A program made the position numbers and the translations under genes. The notes beneath the pieces are model-generated. The model was not told the origin of the DNA and ran no database searches. It saw nothing but the letters and a program-made list of their open reading frames with translations. DNA of 21,746 bases from Myxococcota bacterium (lineage in GTDB: Bacteria > Myxococcota_A > UBA9160 > PR03): assembly GCA_041611735.1 (NCBI GenBank), contig JBFIML010000055.1, positions 1 through 21,746 on the forward strand, read 5' to 3'. Positions 14,946-21,746 of this stretch are shown here, one piece after another (position 1 is the first letter of the stretch; each line of letters opens with the position of its first letter).

Positions 14946-15533
14946 GTGAGGAAGCCGGAGATTCTCGAGCGGGCCGAGTCCGTCGGCCTTCCCGCACACC
15001 CGTCGCCGGACCCGGGCGGCAACGGAGCGCAGGAAGAGCTGGCCAAGGTCCGCGACATCCTGCTCGGCACCTACACGCTCGAGTTCGAACGCAAGCTCGC
15101 CCAGTTGCATCAGCAGACGGAGGCGAAGGTCGCCGACCTGCGCGCGGACCTGCAGCGCCAGGTCGGGCTCCTGGAGCGCCAGCTCCAGAACGAGGCGAAC
15201 GTTCTCACCGAGCAGCTGCGGAGCGAGCGGCAGCAGCGTGAGGCGGGCGGCGAAGAGGCGCTCGGCAAGCTCTCGCAGCTTCGCAGCGAGCTGGAAGAGC
15301 GCATGCGGCGCGCCGACGCGCAGGGAGAGCAGGCCCACCGGGATCTTCGCGACCAGATCCTGTCCCAGACCAACCTGCTGGCGGCAGCTCTGGAAAAGCG
15401 CCACCAGGAGGCCACGCGGATGATCTCGGAGGGATTGCTGGAGCTGCGCTCTTCCAAGACCGACGGCGCGACCTTGTCCAGCCTGCTTACGGAGCTCGCA
15501 AATCGCTTGCAGGAAGCCCCGCGGTCGGACTGA
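14946..15533 (+). CDS. Conserved coiled-coil hypothetical protein (195 aa)
   Basis: GGGAGG before GTG 14946; L.KVRDIL.G....EFE.K and K.D...L..LL.E.A.RL motifs enclosing a long E/Q/R/L-rich heptad region. Confidence 0.82.
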   Translation: MRKPEILERAESVGLPAHPSPDPGGNGAQEELAKVRDILLGTYTLEFERKLAQLHQQTEAKVADLRADLQRQVGLLERQLQNEANVLTEQLRSERQQREAGGEEALGKLSQLRSELEERMRRADAQGEQAHRDLRDQILSQTNLLAAALEKRHQEATRMISEGLLELRSSKTDGATLSSLLTELANRLQEAPRSD

Positions 15534-15578
15534 CGTCCCGCCGGCGCGCGACCTGCTGCTGTAGCCGCGGAGAACGCC

Positions 15579-16427
15579 GTGTACGAATCCTTCTTCGGTC
15601 TCGCCCGGGAGCCCTTCTCCATGGCTCCGGATCCTCGTTTCCTGTGGCTCTCCGAGACCCACCACGAGGGTCTGGCCGTGATCCACTACGGCCTGCTGCG
15701 TCGCAAGCCCTTCGTGCTGCTCACGGGCGAGGCGGGCAGCGGCAAGACGACGCTCCTGCGCAGCGCCCTGGCGCGGCTCCCGGCGGAGCTGGAGGCGGCC
15801 GTCATCCTGAACACCGCCGACGCGACGCCCGTCACGCTGCTCGCGCTCCTCGCCGAGCAGTTCGGGCTGTCGGTGGTCTCGGATGCGAAGGTGGACTACG
15901 TGATCGCCATCACCCGACACCTGGTGGATCGACTGCGCAGCGACCGGCACGCCGTCCTCGTCGTCGACGAGGCGCAGAATCTCGGGATGCCGGCGCTGGA
16001 AGAGCTGCGGCTCCTCTCGAATCTGACCACCGACACGGAGACCGTGCTTCCCATCGTGCTGGCCGGCCAGCCGGAGCTGCGCCGCAAGCTGGCCGCGCAC
16101 AGCTTGCGCTCGCTGCGGCAGCGCATCGCGATCGAGCACCACGTGGAGCCGCTGCGCTCCCACGAGATCGAGTCCTATCTCTCCCATCGCATCCGGGCGG
16201 CGGGGGGGCGTTACGAGGACACCTTCGTTCCTGGTGTCGAGGACGCCTTCTTCACCTTCTCCGGCGGCACTCCCCGCCTCGTCAATCTGCTGGCCGATCG
16301 GGTCTTGCTGGCAGGCTTCGTCGAACATGCGCGTCCCATCCCCCGCGTGCTGGTGGAGAGGAAGGCCAAGGAGCTCGACGCCGCGCGGGGCGAGGAACGG
16401 CCGGAGCCCGACGAGATGGATTCCTGA
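15579..16427 (+). CDS. ExeA/GspA-like AAA+ ATPase (AAA_22 type), ATPase domain only
   Basis: MYESFFGL..EPF...PDPRF, Walker A GEAGSGKT, Walker B VVDEAQNL, LEELRLLSN, LAGQPEL, LRQRI, SGGTPRL.N. Confidence 0.92.
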   Translation: MYESFFGLAREPFSMAPDPRFLWLSETHHEGLAVIHYGLLRRKPFVLLTGEAGSGKTTLLRSALARLPAELEAAVILNTADATPVTLLALLAEQFGLSVVSDAKVDYVIAITRHLVDRLRSDRHAVLVVDEAQNLGMPALEELRLLSNLTTDTETVLPIVLAGQPELRRKLAAHSLRSLRQRIAIEHHVEPLRSHEIESYLSHRIRAAGGRYEDTFVPGVEDAFFTFSGGTPRLVNLLADRVLLAGFVEHARPIPRVLVERKAKELDAARGEERPEPDEMDS

Positions 16428-16428
16428 G

Positions 16429-17241
16429 GTGGGCGAGGTCGCCGACGCGCTGCGCCGGGCCCGCCTGGATCTCGAGCTGCCCGCCCGGTCAGGGGCTGCG
16501 GCGCGGGCCTTGGTGGCTCTCCCGCAGCCCTCCCGTCCGGAGCCGGAGTCCGAGCCGGAGGCGACGGAGCGCGCGGAGCTCCAGCTCGTCGAGGTCCTGA
16601 GCCCGGAGCCCGCGCCTGCCGCAGCCAGGGCTCTTCCGGAGTGGCTGCAACGCCTGCTCGATCGCCTGCGGGCCCGGGCGCTCCGCATGGGGTTCGCCTT
16701 CCTGGTGATGCTGTTCTGGGCGGTGCTCCTCTTCAGCGTCTTCGCGCCGCAGGAGCGGGCCAGAGCCACCGTCTGGCTGCCCCGGGCGCAGACGGCCGGG
16801 CCGGCCCTGCTTCCCTTCGAGCAGCTCGAGACAGCGGTGGCGGAGGTGCTGGCTCCCGGGCGCCTGTCCGAGATCGTGCAGCGCTACGAGCTCTACCCGG
16901 CCCTGCGCGACGAGGCCCCGGCGAAGGCCGCGGCCCGCCTGCGCGCCGACCTCGAGCTGGAGCCCCAGCTCGGAGCCGACCCGCAGACCGGTGCCGAGAC
17001 CTGGCTGCTCGCGGTCGGCTATCGCGCCGAGGAACCCGAGCTTGCCCAAGCGGTGCTTCGAGACGTGGCGGATCTCTTCACGACGCCCGGGCTGCGCTTC
17101 CAGAGCCAGCTCGAGGCCCCCGCCGACGCGGGGCCGTCGCGCACCCGACGCCTGGCCCTCGGCCTGGCCCTGGCTCTCGGCGTGGCTGCCCTGGTGGGGC
17201 TGCGCCCGGAGAAGCGCCCGAGCCCCATGCCGGGCGCGTAG
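16429..17241 (+). CDS. Two-TM protein resembling a shortened Wzz/GumC polysaccharide co-polymerase
   Basis: GTG 1 nt after the ATPase stop. N-terminal MGEVADALRRA, Pro/Glu linker, TM1, periplasmic VL...RL.EIV.RYELYP and VGY....PELA..V...A.LF, then TM2 and a basic tail. Confidence 0.7.
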   Translation: MGEVADALRRARLDLELPARSGAAARALVALPQPSRPEPESEPEATERAELQLVEVLSPEPAPAAARALPEWLQRLLDRLRARALRMGFAFLVMLFWAVLLFSVFAPQERARATVWLPRAQTAGPALLPFEQLETAVAEVLAPGRLSEIVQRYELYPALRDEAPAKAAARLRADLELEPQLGADPQTGAETWLLAVGYRAEEPELAQAVLRDVADLFTTPGLRFQSQLEAPADAGPSRTRRLALGLALALGVAALVGLRPEKRPSPMPGA

Positions 17242-17276
17242 CGCCGTCGCTCCAGTCCATCGTGGGTGGACCGAGG

Positions 17277-17729
17277 CTACCGGTCCGTCGGGATGCCGAG
17301 CTTCTTCCCGTGCGCCGCCAGGTAGGCGGCCATCTCCTTCTTCATGGCCGGTTCGTAGTGATCCTCCAGCAGGCGGATCCGGTCGCCCTCGAAGAAAGCC
17401 GTCTCCTCGAGCTCGAGCACGAACTCCGGAGCCCCCGGCGCCCGGTATACGGCGCGTCCCCGGATCCAGACCGAGTCTTCCCGCTCGCGCGGCCCCTCCA
17501 GGAGCGACGGCTCGCGGCTCTCGAAGCGGCGGTCGAATTGGTTCACCACGTCCTTGAAGTAGGCCAGGATGGCCGCCCGGCCCTCGAAGCGACCACCCAG
17601 CGGCGGGTCCAGCGGGATCTCGTACACCGCGTCCTCGGTGAAGAACGGCTCCACCATCGACCAGTCGTCGCTGGCATAGGCCTTCTCGAAGGCCGCTGCG
17701 TAGGCAAAGAAGCGCTGGGTGATGGACAT
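17277..17729 (-). CDS. NTF2/SnoaL-like domain protein
   Basis: GGGAGG SD; DW......FTEDAVYE, GR.AI..YF, F.GDRI..LEDHY. Confidence 0.88.
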   Translation of the reverse strand: MSITQRFFAYAAAFEKAYASDDWSMVEPFFTEDAVYEIPLDPPLGGRFEGRAAILAYFKDVVNQFDRRFESREPSLLEGPREREDSVWIRGRAVYRAPGAPEFVLELEETAFFEGDRIRLLEDHYEPAMKKEMAAYLAAHGKKLGIPTDR

Positions 17730-17837
17730 GGACCCTCCCGGGCGCGCGGGTTCAAGACGAAGCGTAGCTCAGGCCGGAGCCCGCGGGCGCCGTGTCAGCT
17801 CCATTCCCGGTACGAGCACGGCGACCGATCGCGGGGC

Positions 17838-19214
17838 TCAGTGGTTCACCCCGTTGCGCAGGCTCGCGTCGTTCCAGCAGCGGCGCATGGTCGGATCCGC
17901 AGAGGCGTCGAAGGCCGCATCCAGCCGCTCCCACACGTTGCTCCGGTTCCAGCCGCTGGTGCCCGCCACCACGTCCGTCATGGCGTCGTAGGCGCTGGCC
18001 TCTTTGTGCGAGGAGGTGGCGGCCAGGCAGCTGGCCGTCTGCCAGAAGGTCCGACCCCAGTCCATCTCGTTGCCGAGCCCGTTGAAGCCCCGGTCGGTGA
18101 AGTCGGCGCACTGGAGCTCCATGAAGGGAATCGAGGCCTCGAAGGTCTTCGTGCCGTGGAAGCGGCCCGAGGGCGCATCGAAGTCGACCCGCATGGAGGA
18201 GTAGGAGAGCGTGGCATCGCTCGCGTCGTTCATCCGGTTCCACACGCGCACCGAGTACGCGTGGGCGAAGCCCTCGTAGACCGCAGCGCCCACGTGCTCG
18301 ACGGAGTAGAGCTTGTGACCGCTGCCGCCCTGGCAGTTGGCCGACGCGGAGCCGGCCCCGTAGTCCTGGTAGCCGTCCGGTGACTTCTTGCGCCACAGGA
18401 CGTGCCCGAACTCGTGGGTGATGTAGGTCTTGCTGTCGCCCACGTCCTCCTGGGAGAGGCGGATGCAGTCCCAGCCGGCGTAGCGGGAGGGGAGGGGCTT
18501 GTCGCCGCAGCTCGACCGGGCGACACCGGTCCCCGGGACGATCCGCACCAGCACGTTGCCGGACTCCACCCCGAGGCGCTCCCGAGCCACGGCGAAGGCC
18601 ACCGCGTTCGCCGCCTGGGCCACGTAGCGCCTGCGCACGCGTGCCGTATCCGAGTCGGTGGGGTAGGCGCCCACGAAGAAGAGCATGCGGAGGGTGTTGC
18701 TGCCCGTGGCGCCGCTCACCTCGCGCTGGAACTCCTGGTACTTGGTCTCGTAGTCCTCGTCGACGCCGCGGATCTCCCAGCCGCGCACCCGGTGCCGCGC
18801 CCAGACTCGGAAGTAGTAGGTCCCGTTGGCCGTGCTGACCGGGCGCCGCGGCATGCAGCCGACGGCGTTCCCCGAGCCGTCGTCCAGGAAGCCTTCGAAG
18901 ACGGGCTCCCCCTTCACGCTGTTCCCCCGGTACACCTCGACGTAGCCGCCGCGGAAGGGCTCGAAGCGGCCGGCGTCCGGGGATCCGGGGTCCGGGCTCG
19001 GGGGGGCGGGGTAGGGGTTCGTCGCCAGCCGGTAGGTCCAGTAGTCCTCGGTCACCCCGCTCGACCCGCCCCCGGGCAACGAGTAGGCGAGCCCCGCATC
19101 CCGGTACTCCGCATTGATCTCGAAGCAGAAGCGGATCGATTCCGCCGCCAGCGCGCCCTCGGCGAGCACGAGCCCCGCCAGGACCGCGATCGAGCTGCCG
19201 AGGATCCGATGCAC
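17838..19214 (-). CDS. Secreted zinc metallopeptidase-like protein (gluzincin-type motif), 458 aa
   Basis: GTG 19214 with AGGGGG upstream; signal peptide ending GALA-AE; HEFGH at 18416-18402 and a downstream EGFAH helix; several Cys. Confidence 0.8.
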   Translation of the reverse strand: MHRILGSSIAVLAGLVLAEGALAAESIRFCFEINAEYRDAGLAYSLPGGGSSGVTEDYWTYRLATNPYPAPPSPDPGSPDAGRFEPFRGGYVEVYRGNSVKGEPVFEGFLDDGSGNAVGCMPRRPVSTANGTYYFRVWARHRVRGWEIRGVDEDYETKYQEFQREVSGATGSNTLRMLFFVGAYPTDSDTARVRRRYVAQAANAVAFAVARERLGVESGNVLVRIVPGTGVARSSCGDKPLPSRYAGWDCIRLSQEDVGDSKTYITHEFGHVLWRKKSPDGYQDYGAGSASANCQGGSGHKLYSVEHVGAAVYEGFAHAYSVRVWNRMNDASDATLSYSSMRVDFDAPSGRFHGTKTFEASIPFMELQCADFTDRGFNGLGNEMDWGRTFWQTASCLAATSSHKEASAYDAMTDVVAGTSGWNRSNVWERLDAAFDASADPTMRRCWNDASLRNGVNH

Positions 19215-19372
19215 CGCGCTTCCCCCTGTGGTCGGTCGCCCCGGGCCGATCTTCCGACCGACGGGAGGCGGGGTCAAGGCTACCGTGCCGGGTCAGCGCT
19301 TCGGGCGGGGGCGCTGGCGCCGCCGCGCCGGAGCGCCCATCCTCCCTGCTCCCTACCAGGAGCCCGGTGCCC

Positions 19373-20809
19373 ATGCCTTCCCCGGGTCTGCGACCCCGCA
19401 AGACCAAGATCGTCGCCACCATCGGGCCCGCCTGCAACGACCCGGAAACGCTGGCCGCGCTGATTCGCGCCGGCATGAACGTGGCGCGTCTCAACTTCTC
19501 TCACGGCACGCGGGAGCAGCATCTCAAGTACCTCGAAGCCGTGCGTGCTGCCTCCGAGACGGTGGGCGTGCCGGTAGCGGTGATGCTCGACACGCGCGGT
19601 GTCAAGATCCGCACCGGTCTCGTCGAAGCCGGCGCGGTGACGCTCGCCGCCGGCGAGCCCTTCGCGCTCTACGCGGACTCCCGGGTGGGCGACGCCTCGG
19701 GCGTCTCCGTCTCCGACGATGCGCTCGCCGAGGAGCTCCGGCCCGGCTCGCAGGTGCTCGTCGACGACGGCGAGATCGAGCTGCGGGTGGTCGAGGTGCG
19801 GAGCGGACAGATCCACTGCGAGGTCGTGCGCGGCGGGACGCTGCGGGACAACAAGGGCGTCAACCTGCCGGGCGTCGACCTGCTTGGCAAGTCGCTCGGC
19901 GAGGAGTCGGCCGAGGACCTCGCCTTCGCGGCGCAGTACGACGTCGACTACATCGCGGCCTCGTTCGTCCGCAACCGGGAGGACGTGCTCGAGCTGCGCC
20001 AGCTCCTGGCCGACCACGGCGCCCGGATCCCGATCATCGCCAAGATCGAGAACGCCTCGGCGGTGGCGCATCTTGACGCGATCGTCGCGGTCGCCGACGG
20101 CACCATGGTCGCGCGCGGAGACCTCGGCGTGGAGGTGCCGCTCGAGGAGCTGCCGCTGCTCCAGAAGCGCATCATCCGGACCACGGTGATGAACGGCCGG
20201 CCGGTCATCACTGCCACCCAGATGCTCGACTCGATGCAGCGCAACCCGACGCCGACCCGCGCGGAGGCGAGCGATGTCGCCAATGCAATCTTCGACGGCA
20301 CCTCTGCCGTCATGCTCTCCGGCGAGACGGCGGTGGGGGCGTACCCCGTGGAGGCGGTGCGCACGATGGCGAGCCTGGCGCGCAAGGCCGAGAGCTCGCT
20401 CGACGAGTACGGCTACCTCCAGCACGTGGAGCCCGAGGCGGCGGCGGTCGTCACCGAGGCGGTGGGACAGGCGGCCATCACCATGGCTCATCACCTGCGG
20501 GCCGCCGCCATCCTCACGCTCACCGAGACGGGCCGCACCTCGCGCGCCATCTCGAAGTTCCGACCGCGCTGTCCGATCCTGGCCGTGACCTCACGGACCC
20601 AGGTGGTGCGGCAGCTCACGCTCAACTGGGGTGTCACCCCCGTGCAGTGCGAGAGCCGCAGCTCGAACGAAGAGCTGATCCAGGTCGGCCTGCGCCGGGG
20701 CCGCGAGATGGGCTACCTGGCGGCGGGCGACGTGGTGGTGGTGACGGCCGGCATCTCGCGCGAGTCCGGCAGCACCAACATGATCCGGGTGCTCACTGTG
20801 GAGGGCTGA
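19373..20809 (+). CDS. pyk: Pyruvate kinase
   Basis: RKTKIVATIGPA, GMNVARLNFSHG, IIAKIEN, MVARGDLGVE, ITATQMLDSM, PTRAEASDVANAIFDG, MLSGETA.G.YP; AGGAG SD (GTG 19367 is an alternative start). Confidence 0.98.
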   Translation: MPSPGLRPRKTKIVATIGPACNDPETLAALIRAGMNVARLNFSHGTREQHLKYLEAVRAASETVGVPVAVMLDTRGVKIRTGLVEAGAVTLAAGEPFALYADSRVGDASGVSVSDDALAEELRPGSQVLVDDGEIELRVVEVRSGQIHCEVVRGGTLRDNKGVNLPGVDLLGKSLGEESAEDLAFAAQYDVDYIAASFVRNREDVLELRQLLADHGARIPIIAKIENASAVAHLDAIVAVADGTMVARGDLGVEVPLEELPLLQKRIIRTTVMNGRPVITATQMLDSMQRNPTPTRAEASDVANAIFDGTSAVMLSGETAVGAYPVEAVRTMASLARKAESSLDEYGYLQHVEPEAAAVVTEAVGQAAITMAHHLRAAAILTLTETGRTSRAISKFRPRCPILAVTSRTQVVRQLTLNWGVTPVQCESRSSNEELIQVGLRRGREMGYLAAGDVVVVTAGISRESGSTNMIRVLTVEG

Positions 20810-21114
20810 GGCGGGCGCTCAGGTCGGCGAACGAACCCTGCAAACCGGGCCTGCCGATCCCACGGCCACTCCACCCGCGCCGTCCCGGAGCTCTCGTCGT
20901 TGCTTCTGGCACGGATGGGCCTTGCCGGCCTCGCAGCGTGGAATCCGGAGCGATTCTCCACCCGCGGGGTGAGACACGGCGCCGTGCTCCGTGCCGACTG
21001 GGAGACCCCCTCGGGGCCAAGCGCGGCTCGATCCTAAGGGGGGGCGCCAGGAGAACTTGCCAAGAAAAGGTGGCCACCGGCATCCGAGTTCCCATTCAAG
21101 CTCGGGCTGGAGCT

Positions 21115-21746
21115 ATGATCGTCGGTTCGAGGGGAGGAGGGGACGGGCAGCGCGAGCGGCTCGTGGTAGCTGAGCGGCGCCTGCAGGATCTGATCGACTG
21201 CGCGTGGGAGGCGGTGGGCAGCCGCAAAGGCTGGATCGCCTTCGTCGAACGCTTCGAAGCGGTGCTGCCCGGCTCCGCTGTCATCCTCGCCCTCCCGTTA
21301 CCCGAGCACGACCACCCGGGCCAGTTGGTCGCTGCTTCGCTCGACCCCGGATTCCTCAAGACTTATCAGAGCCAATACGTTTCTGCCGACCCGCTGCTCC
21401 CCTACCTCGAGCGGATGCCAGCCGGCCTGTTCGAGTGCAGCCGCAGCCTCGTGGACGACGCCCAGCTCGAGGCGACGCCGTTCTACCGCGAGTGGATGGA
21501 GCCCCAGGCCCTGCTGCCCGGTCCCAGCTTCCTCGGGCTCATCGACCGCGACTGGGAGCACGGTCCCTGCGCCATTCTGGTGCACAGGCGCCGAGGTTCG
21601 CGCGCCGACCCCGCCGCTCATCAGGAGCTGGGCCAGTGGCTCATGCCCCACCTCCAGCGCGCGGTGCGCATCCACTTCCAGCTGCTTCAGCTCCACGCAG
21701 ACCAGATGGCGCTGACCGACGTCCTGGATCGCTTCCAGGTCGGCCT
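21115..21746 (+). CDS. N-terminal part of a probable LuxR-type HTH regulator (GAF-like/PAS-like N-terminus), runs off the window
   Basis: Open frame from ATG 21115 to the window end, absent from the ORF track because it has no stop: LQDLIDCAWEA...W..F, Y...Y...DP, TPFYREWMEPQ, LMPHLQRAVRIH, L.DVLDRFQVG. The HTH itself is not visible and the start is uncertain. Confidence 0.75.
   Translation, partial: MIVGSRGGGDGQRERLVVAERRLQDLIDCAWEAVGSRKGWIAFVERFEAVLPGSAVILALPLPEHDHPGQLVAASLDPGFLKTYQSQYVSADPLLPYLERMPAGLFECSRSLVDDAQLEATPFYREWMEPQALLPGPSFLGLIDRDWEHGPCAILVHRRRGSRADPAAHQELGQWLMPHLQRAVRIHFQLLQLHADQMALTDVLDRFQVG

Noticed and set aside
17745-17800. tRNA-like fragments GGGTTCAAGA and GCGTAGCTCAG..GAGC
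   Set aside because: The T-loop-like piece lies upstream of the D-arm-like piece, and the T-stem, anticodon stem and acceptor stem do not pair. More likely the minus-strand promoter region (TACGCT) of the SnoaL gene.
20907-20925. Possible sigma54 promoter TGGCAC...TTGC
   Set aside because: The spacer is 9 nt instead of the strict 5 nt.
1-21746. CRISPR arrays, long tandem repeats, rRNA
   Set aside because: No regularly spaced repeats or rRNA-like sequence seen on reading; nearly all of the window is explained by protein-coding genes.

Overview
Very GC-rich bacterial DNA, densely coding and mosaic; a Myxococcota/deltaproteobacterial-like origin is an inference from gene content only. From left to right: an internally deleted IS5-family element with an intact right end; a DUF2157/GDYXXLXY membrane pair; a small membrane peptide; a decayed kinase-associated ECF sigma factor; and a minus-strand three-gene operon (Lnt-like N-acyltransferase, Cys-rich secreted protein, and a 1092-aa PDZ-multiTM-GAF-class III cyclase-Ser/Thr kinase fusion). 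These are followed by an ICL/PEP-mutase family enzyme; a Tat-signal tandem SagB/ThcOx-like flavoprotein; a degenerate UbiB/ABC1-like protein; two membrane proteins; a frameshifted SulP/STAS relic; a BamE-like lipoprotein; a coiled-coil/ExeA-like ATPase/mini-Wzz operon; a SnoaL-like protein; a secreted gluzincin-like protease; pyruvate kinase; and the start of a LuxR-type regulator. The best candidate for an undescribed system is the cyclase-kinase receptor operon and its convergent ECF relic. No CRISPR array, rRNA or tRNA was seen. All family calls come from motif recognition by eye, not from database searches.
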